In this document: one piece after another, positions 13,254-25,484 of the stretch
How the letters are laid out: each line of letters starts with the position of its first letter
Numbering within the stretch: position 1 is the first letter of the stretch
Notes under the pieces: generated by a model
What the model saw: the letters and a program-made list of their open reading frames with translations, nothing else
What the model was told of the DNA's origin: nothing
The model's database searches: none
Assembly: GCF_003918875.1 (NCBI RefSeq)
Contig: NW_025766996.1
Span: forward strand, 496,001 to 560,000
Direction: 5' to 3'
Length of the DNA stretch: 64,000 nt
Source: Haliotis rubra
Taxonomy: Eukaryota
Made by a program: the position numbers and the translations under genes

Positions 13254-13868
13254 TATATTCCAACTGTGAACTAAGGTGTTTAGCACTCAAATCATATTTC
13301 TTCCTGAATTATTTTTTAAATATAATTATATAATTTGATTTAAACTATAAAATAGGAAAACCCACAAGTAATTACCATATTGCACAACTAATGGGTATGT
13401 TATTACTACATTAATGAAACTTTTAAAATTTATTACCCAGACACAGATTACCTTTCACAAACAATCAGACAAATGAGTGATGGCTAGACACAGTCAAACT
13501 GACAACAGTTCCCTCAAAATTCATTAAAATTAAAAACAAGCTCAATATAAAAAAAAGAAACGCATGAGGAAAATAGCAATTTCATGTAGCAATGAATTAA
13601 AACGTGATTCATTATACAAAAGGTTTTGCTGTGTTTATGAGTCCTATGGTGTTTATGTTTTGAAACATCACAACAAAACGCACCATCCGTAAAATACCCG
13701 TATTTTACAGCATGATTTTCAATTTCGGCGTGTTGTGTCACAGAATACGCAATTCACATGCAATGCACGTAAAAGTTGGGGATTTGATAGTCTCAATGAT
13801 GGGTATAAAAGGTTGATCGCTGTCTGTCGATTATTCACTGTATTTAGAATATTGTTGACGAACGCAAA

Positions 13869-14827
13869 ATGCCACGTCTAATTGAAGCCAACCGTCATAT
13901 CGCCATTGGTTTTCTTGAAGCTGGCCAGTCTCAACGTGCAGTTGCCCGACGCATGAATGTTCACCAAAGCACCATTTCACGGCTCTGGGAGAGATATCGC
14001 CGGCAGAATGCGGCGCAGGATCGCTACATCCGGGTACATCACCTGCGTCATCGAACAGCTACGGCGACCAGTACCGTTCGGCAAATACTCGGATTGAGGA
14101 TTGAGGAGGCTTTTGGCACAGACCGTCAGGAACAGGTTGAGAGAGGCTGGTTTACGTGCCAGAAGACCCTGTGCTTCGACAACAACATCGTCGACATCGA
14201 GTTCAATGGTGCACCAACGTTCAGGCCAGGAACTTACCGAATTGGCGTAGAATCTGGTTCAGTGATGAATCACGATTTCTATTGGAACGACACGATGGAA
14301 GAATGCGGGTGTATAGACGTCGACGTGAACGTTTCGCCGACGCTTGAGTTCCCCAGGTGGACAGATTCGGCCGGGGAAGTGTTATGATGTGGGGAGCGAT
14401 CACCTGCCGTAGGAGGAGTGATTTGGTGATGATCCAGGGCAACCTGACAGCTCAACGGTACTGTGACGAAATCCTACGCCCACACCTCCTTCCAATCATT
14501 GATCGCCAGAGGGAGTTGTTTCAACAGGACAATGCCAGGCCCCACACAGCACGTCACACTAGAGACTTCCTCCAGAACCACAACATCAATGTGCTCCCCT
14601 GGCCCTAAAGATCACCGGACTTCAACCCGATCTAACATCTGCGGGATGCCCTGGACAGGCGGGTACGACGCCGTAACCCTCAGCCCCAGACACTTCAGCA
14701 ACTCGCACAGGCACTACTGTCAGAGTGGGCTGCGATTGGGCAACACGAGATTCTGAGACTTATTCGTTCGATGCCGAGGCGATGCCGTGCAGTTCTGGAT
14801 GCCCACGGTGGTCACACGAGGTATTGA
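13869..14827 (+). pseudogene. Tc1-family (DD34E) transposase pseudogene
   Basis: HTH (GQSQRAVARRMNVHQSTISRLW), WFSDESRF, GSVMMWGAI, FQQDNARPH, WP*RSPDFNPI* and GGHTRY*; frameshifts and stops. Confidence 0.92.
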
Positions 14828-15614
14828 CTTCAGCGCCACCACACGTCTCCATGTGATACTTAAACTGACTTTCCTCGAGTTGGTGCCAAAGACGGATAAG
14901 TCTGCATTCCCAGTGTGCAATTTCGCTATATTTCATTGACTCATAAAGCCTACAAGATGTTTCAAAATAAACATAAAAAGACGATAAAATGCGTTTCTTA
15001 TTTAGGAGAGTATACTTTCAGTTGCCCCTCAGTATATATTAGTGAGCTTTTTTACTTTTGCATGTATAATTTAATAACATTTGCATTAATGCAAATACCT
15101 TATTTTAGAACGAGCACATTCCAAAAGTAATGGTCAGGTGAACCGTTATTACGACGTGATTTCAAAGCGATGACGTCATAGTGACATCACGATTTCGGCG
15201 CTCCTCTTATTCACTTTGCCGGAAGCCGTGTGCGAGTTGTCATGAAATTGAATAAATTCATTTCGTGTTTGACAATATGACATTCTGTCTATGATTCTTG
15301 GCTATAAAGCTGTCCGTATGGGCCTTTTTGTGTTTCCCATCTCAGGTCCGCCCTGAATTTTCACTCCGACGTTAAATGGAGTTTCTCAATTTTACCGCCG
15401 CTGTTGACCTTTATGTCCTTACGTGATTAAAATTAGTCTTCAGATTTTCGCACTCATAAAATACATGTTAGTTTAGTCGTATTCATATGTATTTATTTAA
15501 ATATATTATCAAAGATAAGCGACATGATCTACATTAAATATTAATTTAAAAATTATCACGATGTGATCTAAATTTTACAATTTTAAAATAAGTTACGCAA
15601 TTACCGACAATAAT

Positions 15615-15649
<35 letters not shown>

Positions 15650-15709
15650 TTTTTCGTTGGAGATAAGAAACATATAAAGAAATGCGTCTGGCTAAAAGTT
15701 TCTTGTGGA

Positions 15710-15935
15710 AGGGCAGTGGGGTAGCCTAATCGATAAAGCATTCACTCGTCACGCTGAAGCACAGGGTTTAATTCCCGACATGGGTACACGGGTACGATGT
15801 GTGAAGCCGATTTCTGGTGTCCCCTTCCGAGATATTGCTGGAATACTGCAAAACGCGTCGTACAACCATACTCACCCACTCTTGTGGGCGAGGGACGGTG
15901 GGGTAGCCTAGTTGTTGAAGCGTTCACTCGTCGCG
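15710..15935 (+). mobile_element. SINE family A plus adjacent head fragment
   Basis: Family A consensus. Confidence 0.8.
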
Positions 15936-16060
15936 CGAGTATAATCTATGTTTAAGTAAAGTTGGGAATTTTTGTGATCCTTAGCAAAGTATGAGTAGTA
16001 TATTTAGCCCATCCACCAAAAGAAACGCTCATAAGGCATCACTCGTATTCCAAACCATCC

Positions 16061-16220
16061 GGGGCGGTGGGGTAGCCTAGTGGTTAAAGCGTTGGCTCGT
16101 CACGCCGAACACGCGGGGTTTGATTCCCTACATGGGTATAATGTGTGAAGCCGATTTCTGGCATCTACCGCTGTGATGTTGCTGGAATATTGCAAATCGC
16201 GGCGTTCAACCATACTCACC
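16061..16220 (+). mobile_element. SINE family A
   Basis: GGGGCGGTGGGGTAGCCTAGTGGTTAAAGCG head. Confidence 0.9.
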
Positions 16221-16796
16221 TCTTGTGGAATGTAAATATATGTATGGAAAAGCGACAAAACCCTTTCCACATCCATAAGAAATCTTGGTAATCGATCCAA
16301 CAATTCCGACCATATCATGTTTGTAAACCACTATTAGAATAGTGATGATACCAGGTGTTTGCTAAAGGCGAGCGTATCTGCCCCACCGGTTGCACCCGTC
16401 ATAAACATATGCAAAGTCTTGTCAGTTGTTCACCAGAAGAAAATCGGGAACGAGTCAAAATAGGGAATTGCATCGAACATCATCTTTGTCACTGAATATG
16501 ATATTTAACTGATGTTAATGAGCTGGCTGAAAAGACAGGCATGTATGTATTAACAAAAACCCTGCCCTAGGTATCATGTAATCTGACTGCTGATTGGTCT
16601 GCATACTCTACATCTCTGGAAGGAACCCGTCGATTGGTTCGTTGTTTAAAAATACCAACGTCTCAGTATTCACCGGAAGAAGGACTAAGGAGTAATATTG
16701 ACCAAAAGAAGGAGTAAAAAGTAACTTCGAAACGTGCCAACAAAATAAGACATCAATACATCAAAAATCACTAACTGTAGATGCCTTTCATTGAAA

Positions 16797-17020
16797 GACC
16801 CGTGAAGGTCCGGGTTAGAATATTGATCTTCAGTAACCCATGCTTGTCGTAAGAGGCGACTAACGGGATTGGGTGGTCAGGCTCGCTGACTTGGTTGACA
16901 CGTGTCATCGGATCCCAATTGCGCAGATCGATGCTCATGTTGTTGATCACTGGATTGTCTGGTCCAGACTCGATTATTTACAGACCGCAACCATGCTGAT
17001 AGCTGAAATATTGCAGAGTT
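16797..17020 (+). mobile_element. SINE family B
   Basis: GACCCGTGAAGGTCC...CTTGTCGTAAGAGGCGACTAACGGG...GCTGAAATATTGC. Confidence 0.88.
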
Positions 17021-18617
17021 TATGCAACGAAACCGCTCGCCAAAACGCAGCAGTTATTAAGAACGCCAATAAGAACGTTGCTATGTGGGATAGGTGCAGG
17101 TTTTAAGACAAGAGTCACGCCGTGTCTCGGGGTGATAGATAAACAAGCTGAATTTGATTAATTGGGTGCATGTTAAGAGTATTAAAACAGTGTTTCTCAG
17201 AATTCTTAAGCTGACATCTATAAGACCACTCATTAAACTCCTATACATGTCAGTTAAACTCGTGGGGGTTCCAAGCATGTGAAAACGCAATGTATTTTAG
17301 TTTGCCATCAGATTACCACATATTACTTTGGGATTACATTTTTTGGGTAAAGTACAAATTTTAGCACTTTTGTGGGTTCAATAAGTACTAGAATTTGTAT
17401 TTTGCCAAGAAAGTTATAACCCTGAAAATATTAAATGTTACAGATTGTAAGCATAGCAGGAAGGCTGTGAATTAGTCTCCTGAATGTATAAATATATGCT
17501 ACTAAAAATACCCAATTCTTTCAAATTTTCACGAGTCAACATTCACTCACTCACTCACTCAATCTTTGTGTGTTAGTATGGGTGTTGGAGTGAGGGGATT
17601 CGTACTGCTTGGTGTTTTGCAAAACCCAACAATCGTTTAGTCTCAGTTAGTTGTATAGGTGAAGCAACAAAATATCGTAAAAGAAAAAAAAAGAAAAAAA
17701 GAGAAATTAAAGCAACAAACATCCCCAACCCCCCACCCCCCAAACAAAAAACAACAACAAAAAAACACACACAAAAAACAAAAACAAAAACCCAACAAAA
17801 ACAACATATATGTCTGTTTCGACTGGACTTACGGGTCCAATTGAAGGGAACACAGCGCCAGCATAGTGAATCTGTAACGGGGTTACGTTAGATGACACTC
17901 ACTCGCTTGACGGTGTGGATCGTTAGTCAAGCAAACAGCCACAAACAAACAAACACATCTATCTTGATACTAATCTACACATTGCTTCCACTGTCATTTT
18001 TTATTTTGCTGAGTATATTTACCGATACAGAATTCCATTGCTCAGTGTCTTAAAACATTCGTCAAAAATCTGCCCGTAATTGACCTCTTCCTGACAGTGT
18101 TCATTCAGTTCAGATTAATCGCATGCTTAATTCGGTGAACCCATATTATTTTAGAAGTGTTAAAACTAGGCTGGTGCATCTGTTTTTCTAACAGTCATTC
18201 ATTACCTGCTTGGTCCCATGGCTCTAACAATCCTGTATCGTGATGAATCCATAAATCTTAAAATATTTTTTTTATTCATATGAGATATTAATATAATCTT
18301 TATGGTTATACTATTCTTAACCCCGTAAATATCAAAGTATAATCACCCTGTGCATGTTAAGCTTTTTTTTCAAAAGGTCATTGGTGTAGAAAAAGTGACT
18401 TGTCGAAATAAGAGCCTTTGAAGATTTAAAAGGTTGACGTTGATGGGGAGATTCGCGTAAGATGGTTAGACAATGGAACTGCACTTGCATCAGGCTATGC
18501 GTGATGCCTAACTGTCAAAAAGGTATATTTTGGTTTTGATTGGTTGGCTCAACTTTACGTCACTTTTTGATTCGGCGACGTTTGCGGTGGCATTTGATAC
18601 GTCTATGACAAACGTTA

Positions 18618-18653
18618 ATAAAACAGTAAGATTTTATTAGCTGCCTTTAGAAC
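18618..18653 (+). promoter_or_regulatory. Putative core promoter of V1 (TATA-like ATAAAACA + Inr-like TTAGAAC 29 nt later)
   Basis: Same two motifs at identical spacing upstream of V2. Confidence 0.5.
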
Positions 18654-18701
18654 CAGAACGGCAGACCGTTTCTTAAGACGAGCTACACAGGTACGAGCAG
18701 C

Positions 18702-19211
18702 ATGTGGAATTTCGTGATTATTGCCTGCTTGATACAAGGTTCGCTCGGCCGCATCGTTCCTTTCGCAATTGGCCGTGGTTCCGTGGACTCGCCCACTGGT
18801 CAGCCGGACGGGTCCCCCCCTCCTGACAAGGTGTACCCTTCCCCGGGGGTGGTCACTCTGGGAGGAACTGGTTCTGGGAAGACAGAGTTCGCTTTACCGA
18901 ACTCCGTGTGGACTGGGGACCTCACTCAGAGCATGGCCAGTACCTTGTTATTGAATCAGGTTGACAGAGGTCATGTGGTGCCTTGGACAAATGACATCAA
19001 AGGTTCTGAATATGAAACTCAGTCGGGTACGGTTTCGGACACTGGTGTGACCAATGGCGGCGATGATGCCAATGTTCTTCCTGATGCCCTCGGAAATCCC
19101 GGAATTACGGCAATTGTTGCACCAACGGTGCCACAGAACCAGACGGAATCGGACACAACCATTGCAAATGGAAACCATATCTCTGGAAGCCAAATTGGTC
19201 AGGCATTTTCG
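18702..19211 (+). CDS. First coding exon V1 (170 codons) of a secreted Gly/Thr/Ser/Pro-rich protein; signal peptide; ends at phase-0 donor
   Basis: ATG followed by signal-like MWNFVIIACLIQGSLG. Coding composition stops at TCG|GTAAGT (GT at 19212), exactly 170 codons from the ATG. Clear similarity to V2. Confidence 0.8.
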
Positions 19212-19217
19212 GTAAGT

Positions 19218-19391
19218 CTGACTGACTGACTGAGTGAGTTTAGTTTTACGCCGCTTTTAGCAATATTCCAGCAATATCACGGCGGGGGACACCAGAAATG
19301 GGCTTAACACATTGTGCCCATGTGGGGAATCGAACCCGGGTCTTCGGCGTGACGAGCCAACGCTTTAACCACTAGGCTACCCCACCGCCCC
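19218..19391 (-). mobile_element. Young SINE family A inserted at the V1 splice donor
   Basis: Perfect 12-bp TSD TTTTCGGTAAGT at 19206-19217 and 19392-19403. Confidence 0.93.
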
Positions 19392-19443
19392 TTTTCGGTA
19401 AGTGGGGTTGTTAAGAATACACAATGCCATTTAGAAAGTGGTC

Positions 19444-19672
19444 TAATGTTACATGTTTTATATTTGTGATTACACTTTCTTAGCAAAGTACAGATTTTAA
19501 TACTTTCCCATCCGGGATTCGAACCCAGACCCTCAGAGTCATGCACCTAATCGCCAGCACACAAAGTCAGACGCCTAGTTTGTGGTGGAAGAAGCGGTGG
19601 CTGAGCGGGCTGAGCGTCTGACTTTGTGTGCTGGCTAAGAAAGTGTAATCCCAAATATAACATATGTTATAA
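19444..19672. mobile_element. Inverted pair of a third tRNA-headed SINE (family C)
   Basis: TGGCTGAGCGG A box and GGTTCGAATCC B box with long spacer; related copy at 35265-35361. Confidence 0.6.
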
Positions 19673-19954
19673 GTGGTGTTGATGATTCCTTTTCGGTTGA
19701 TATTCGAGACGGAATATTATTGTTGATGTCATGAATTAATGTACGATACTTTTTACGCGAGAGAAGAAAAAAGGAAACAAAAAATACAAAACAAAAAACA
19801 AACCCCACAAACAAAAACGATTAAAAAACCCACACTACAACACGGACGCAACGCATATATTTTAATCCATTGCGACATATCTAAGTTACCGGGAATTCGG
19901 TCCCCCAATTTGGGATTAAGCTATTTCAATGACAGATGCCTCCTACTAACGGGG

Positions 19955-20244
19955 AGAGTGAGGTGAAGGTTTACTTCGCATTTAGCAATATTCCAGCAAT
20001 ACCACGGGGGACACCAGAAATGGGCTTCACATATTGTACCCATGTGAGGAATCGAAAACGGGGCCTTCGGCGAGATAAACGAATGCAATAATGGTAATAC
20101 TAGTAAGTAAGTGGGTTTAGTTTTATGCCACCTTTAGCAGTATTCCAGCAATATCACGGCAGGGGACACCAGAAATGGGCTTCAAACTGTACCCGGTCCT
20201 TCGGCGTGTCCAGCGAACGCTTTAACCACTAGGCTACCCCACTG
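19955..20244 (-). mobile_element. Two tandem partial SINE family A copies
   Basis: GGGGACACCAGAAATGGGCTTC body occurs twice. Confidence 0.8.
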
Positions 20245-20728
20245 CCGGCTAACCGGATTACGTATACTAGTGTTGGGAATTGTTTGAAATATCACAATTG
20301 ATGATTGCTTCATTACCAACGATCAATCATCGAAAAAAATTGGTTAGCGTCATTTTTCAGATTTCCTATCCATGTTGTTATTGCAGATATGTATAACAGG
20401 ATGCAACTGGCTACTTTAAAGTGATGACTAATAATATCATGAACATAAACTTCCTGGAGTCTTAGAGAAACATTCAGTCATGGCTTTTCAGTTAGTGAAG
20501 TGAGTTTTCTAAGAATTAAACACGTTTTCAGGCCCTGACAACTTTTAAGATATGTTCCATTGTCAAGTTTTTATAGACTAAAACAGTAGTTCCAAAATCG
20601 TTTATGTTCGATTATGAGAATACATGATCGATTGCTTGGTCGTTTGGTCACTGCGACCAATCTTCGATTATTTCAATTAATCGGAGCACCACTAACGTAC
20701 ACCCGCATTTTGTTTTGGGATATAGTCC

Positions 20729-20931
20729 CATTGGCGGATCCAAAGGGGGTGTAGGGTGTGGGTATGGGTGTTCATGGGGTTCGGACCCCCCCCCCCCCCT
20801 TTTTTTTTCTGAAAATGACTAAAGTCCACATTGAAGTAAGTTAATGTTTTGCATTGGCGAAGCCGAGGGGGCTATGAAAACACATTCCCCTCCCTTCCCC
20901 CCTCCTTTCACAATTTCTGGATCCGCCTATG
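20729..20931. mobile_element. Short TIR MITE
   Basis: CATTGGCGGATCCA ... TGGATCCGCCTATG termini. Confidence 0.6.
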
Positions 20932-21429
20932 GGTCCGATGAGCAGACTTTGACAAATTAATGTGCTGGGATTGACTTTAGTTTTGGCAGTGTTAGAGAGA
21001 GAGGGTGACTGTAAAGAATAATCAAAATACTAGAGTTGTTGTGTTTTGCATGAGTGTATTAGACAGAGAAAGGGATGGTTTGGAATATGAGTGATGCCTT
21101 ATGAACGTTGCTCTTGGTGGATGGACTAAAATATGGTGGAATGTATTGATTGAAGGTATGAATTGCGAGTGCACTCATTGACGAAAGGTTTGGCATATGT
21201 CGAAGATATCGCCTGAAGAGTGATCTCTTTGACCCCACTGTTTGACATTAGTGGGTACAATGACTCCAGGGAGTGACATGTCCTGTCGGTTCCGATTGAA
21301 ATTGACGAGCATTCGCATGCAGAGTCACACCCCCTTCCCCCGTCCCAACCCACATCAACACCCCTACTGTGTGCACTCTTATAGGTGTAACACATATCAC
21401 GTCTCTCTCTGCAGTCAGATTGGACGTAA

Positions 21430-22235
21430 TGTTTTTACTTGACTTCATTTTTCGAGTAAATTAAACCTGATAATTTTGAGAATTTCTTGTCTGATCATAT
21501 ATTTTATAATAGCAATATCGTTATTGATAGGAAAATAATTTCTTATGAAGGGTGGTTTCAAAGGGGTATCTCTCAAATTTGTGATCTTGTTGATGAACAT
21601 GGCAGTTATCTGTCTTTGGTTGATTTTAATGAAATGTATCAATTGAATGACGGTTTCTTTTTTAGAATAATATGATGTCATTAGCTCTATAACAAACTAT
21701 TTTGCTGGCTTGTAAATAGTGAAAGAAAACACTGGACAATGTGCAGGAATTACACCATTTACTCGGTTGTTACTTTCAATTAATAAAGGCTCCAAAGCCT
21801 ATTACTATATCCTGTGTTCTTCAAAAGGACTCCAAGAGCACAGTTAAAGTGGCAAGAGGATTTTCAGAGTGGTCTTGACTGGAACTGTATTTTCCGAAAA
21901 TCGTTTAAATCAACACAAGACACCAAACTTAGATGGTTTCAGTACAGGATATTCCATAGAATTTTAACTACCAATACATTTCTTAAACAATAAAATAAAA
22001 TAAAATATTCTGATTTATGTTCATTCTGTAATGAAGAAAAGGAATCTATTTGTCACTTGTTATGGGACTGTGAATTTGTGCAAACCTTTTGGTCCAATGT
22101 TTTATCATGGTTAACAGAAGGTTGTTGTCACATCCATAAGCTGAAACTCACTTTGGAACTGATAATGTTTGGCTGTAAGAAAAATGTTTTCACTGACTCT
22201 GTTTTTGACTTGTTCATATTATTGGGAAAATATTG
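21430..22235 (+). mobile_element. L1/Tx1-clade LINE 3' fragment (zf-RVT)
   Basis: TKLRWFQYRIFHRILTTN..CSFCNEEKESICHLLWDCEFVQTFW. Confidence 0.85.
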
Positions 22236-22432
22236 TGAGTGAATGGTTTGTCTTGTTTCGCAAATTTGTCCACCTGTATCCCATTAGATTGCTGCATATC
22301 TTCTGACTGAGCGGTTTCCTGGCTGCTAAGTCTTGACTGTAATTCAGTAATAAAATTTAAATCCCCCAACCCCCCTAAACAAACCCAAAAAACAAAGACG
22401 AAAAAAAAGACCCAACAACTCTGAAATGCGCG

Positions 22433-22692
22433 ATCTCTCTCTCCCCTCTCTCCCCATGTCTCTGTCTCTCCCTCTCTCTCTCCCATCCTCTCTCCTGCTC
22501 GCCTCCCCTCCCTCTCTCGCCCTTCCATCTCTCCCCCACCCTCCTCTCCCGCTATCTCCCTCTCTCCCCGCTACCCCCCCTCTCTCTCACCCTCTCTCTC
22601 TCTCTCTCACACTCCTACGTGAGACGTCGTGACAGACGTGACGTTACTCCGAAAAGCGCTCTCTCTCCCCGTCACCACTCCCCCTCTCTCTA
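22433..22692. repeat. CT-rich low-complexity tract
   Basis: Direct inspection. Confidence 0.85.
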
Positions 22693-23053
22693 CAAGGATT
22701 CTACATCACTCTGACAAACTCTGTCGACTTTTGTCCCCATGCCAGGTTACTATAATGCTATTTAAAGCGACTAAATCAAACCTGTTGTGATACCTATCCA
22801 CCAAACGTAATGCTGTATGAACGAATGACCGCAGTGGTACGAATACTTAGTTCTGTTAAACTTTGTTAATGCGATGACAAAATACGGATATTTGAACTTT
22901 GACACGTATATTATACATATACTCAAGACAAAAAGTAAGGAAACCGATAAACAGATAGTGAAAGTGAAATGTCTGTAAAATGGATTTCGGACGAGTAGAT
23001 GTAGATCATTATTTTGTGCACAACACAGGGATACCGTCAAAGTACTGTTATAT

Positions 23054-23253
23054 NNNNNNNNNNNNNNNNNNNNNNNNNNNNNNNNNNNNNNNNNNNNNNN
23101 NNNNNNNNNNNNNNNNNNNNNNNNNNNNNNNNNNNNNNNNNNNNNNNNNNNNNNNNNNNNNNNNNNNNNNNNNNNNNNNNNNNNNNNNNNNNNNNNNNNN
23201 NNNNNNNNNNNNNNNNNNNNNNNNNNNNNNNNNNNNNNNNNNNNNNNNNNNNN
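23054..23253. other. Assembly gap (200 N)
   Basis: N run; a similar ~55-bp sequence occurs on both sides (22809-22868 and 23254-23308). Confidence 0.99.
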
Positions 23254-23523
23254 AATACTGTATAAACGAATGACCGTAGTGGTACGAATACTTAGTTAAA
23301 CTTTGTTCATGAAATAACAAAATCTTTTAAAGGAAAGAATATTTTCCTAGGTCGAAACATGACCTGGATCCGTTTCCACTTTTATTATCATTTGATTTTA
23401 AAAATACCGACATCAGTAGGATTGCATCAAGCACTCTCATTCATGTTTAACAATTCATCGAATGGCAAATAGCTATGGAAGATTCTAAATTTTAGAAATA
23501 ACGTCCGCTCTAACCCTTTTCAT

Positions 23524-23679
23524 ACACAGGCCCTCGTGTCTTTGCGAGGATTAAAGAATTTAAAAACATGTATACAAATTTGATGTATTGTACCGTGAAG
23601 CATTTCGAGTCGGGGTTATCTTAAATTGTTATATATTTTTTGAAATCTTTAATCCTCGCAAAGACACGAGGGCCTGTGT
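23524..23679. mobile_element. Hairpin MITE
   Basis: Perfect inverted repeat ACACAGGCCCTCGTGTCTTTGCGAGGATTAAAGA. Confidence 0.75.
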
Positions 23680-23943
23680 TTTCTTAGTGTAACAAAGTAC
23701 ATTTTGTGCCCGGAGCTATTTACATTTAATGCACGAGGACGTTTCCGTTCAGTGATTGATTATCCAAAATTAAATTTAAAGTTTTTAATTAAATTACAGT
23801 TTTTTTATATTATTTTATTCAGTCAGATACGTGACTCGAAGCGTTAAAATTGTGTGTTGTGGATTATTTCTAAAATATGTAAACACGGCCGAAGTTATGT
23901 GTCGCAGTGTGTGGCTGCGCCAACTCAAATGTTACCTGGAGAG

Positions 23944-24362
23944 GGTGGCCTAGTGGTTAAAGCGTTCGCCCGTCGCGCCGAAAACACGGGTTCGATTCCC
24001 CACTTGGGTACAATGTGTGAAACCCATCAGTCGTGTCCCTCGATGTGATATTGCTAGGATATTGCTAAAAGCGACGTAAACTAAACTTTCTGTCGCAGGT
24101 TGTTGTGAGTTGATGCGTTTTCTGACCTGAAAGTTTCATCCAGCAAACTACGACACCTGCAGAGGTCAAGGGGATTTTAACCGATTTGATTACGTGGTTG
24201 GGCGGTTGGGTTGCCGAGTGGTTAAAGCGTTCGCCCGTCACGCCGAAGACCCGGGGTCGATTCCCAACATAGGTGACTATGTGTAAGGCCATTTCTGGTG
24301 TCCCCTGCCGTGATATTTGCTGGAATATTGCTAAAAGCGGCGTAAAACCATACCCTCTCACT
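23944..24362 (+). mobile_element. Two SINE family A copies (23944-24085, 24200-24362)
   Basis: Family A head and tail. Confidence 0.85.
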
Positions 24363-24401
24363 CCTTTCGTGATACCGTAGCCGACGTAAAATGCGGCGTG
24401 G

Positions 24402-24538
24402 GATGATGATGATGATGATGATGATGATATTTTATTATTTATTATAGGGTATTCATATAGTGCACATATCCACGCAACTAGTGCTTGCTCAAAGCGCTGG
24501 TATTATTTTTCCTCGATCATTGGATGTTAATCTCTCTC

Positions 24539-24596
<58 letters not shown>

Positions 24597-24616
24597 GATG
24601 ATGATGGTGATGATGA
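24402..24616. repeat. (GAT)n microsatellites
   Basis: Runs at 24402-24430 and 24539-24616. Confidence 0.95.
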
Positions 24617-25390
24617 GAAGGTTGAACCAGGAAACGCTACCTGGGAGAAGCCCCATTCTGGGCTGCTTGTAAAGGGGAGTTGGGTTGGGTGGGGCTGGGG
24701 GTCTGAATACTGCCTTCGTGTATTTTAATCAGTAAATAATATTAAAATTAATAAAGTTAATAAAATCATAATTACGGGGCTGAAGGTGATGTTGATATAA
24801 ATCACGTCAATAAATGGCGCGATGCATATGAGCTAGATGTGACAAAAGAGTTAATACAATAAAGAATATATTATAGGACTGCTCACGAACTCAATCGAAC
24901 CGCTGTTTAACCCTCACGGCTCGTTTTATCATAATGTGTCAAAGTTCACAAAAACACAAACAATTTCGTGATGTAACTGTCCCTTCATAATCGAAAACCT
25001 ATTTTGTAATAACATAATGTAACCTATTAATCATACCTGAGAACATGTGATCTCATTATAAACCACATAAACTGTTACCATAACTGTAAAAACTGCTTTG
25101 AAGAACCAATGATTTATAGATACAAGCTGACAGAGTGACACGTAAATGGGAATGCCCAATAATATGTGGATCTGGTCGAAGAACTGTCTGAGCTGCACCT
25201 TACTAGCCTGAAGGTATGAAGAGACACTGGTGACATAAAAAAATCCCGATTCTGATACAGAGAAGTAATGATCGCTTTACCTTCACGCGAGACACTACCT
25301 GTCAGAATGATGTATTTTTATCGTGATGGGTAACGATCAGTGCATGATATCGGAAACGTCATACAGAGAGAGTAGGTCAGGGGCTTACCG

Positions 25391-25426
25391 ATAAAACAAT
25401 ACGAGTCTGATTGACAGTGTTAGAAC
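25391..25426 (+). promoter_or_regulatory. Putative core promoter of V2 (ATAAAACA + TTAGAAC 29 nt later)
   Basis: ATAAAACA at 25391 and TTAGAAC at 25420; matches the V1 upstream arrangement. Confidence 0.5.
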
Positions 25427-25484
25427 TGACTTAGGCGGGCAGTGGAAACGCCAGGGCAAGAGAAGAATCACCCGAACAAAGAAC

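Larger units (their letters stand above)
11740..15012 (+). mobile_element. Dead Tc1/mariner transposon with ~130-bp TIRs and nested insertions
   Basis: TA|TACTCTCC...CCGTCTTTGG (11740-11868) is the inverse of CCAAAGACGG...GGAGAGTA|TA (14886-15012); transposase remnant inside. Confidence 0.75.

Noticed and set aside
24460-24672. Poly-Met ORF
   Set aside because: (GAT)n microsatellite.
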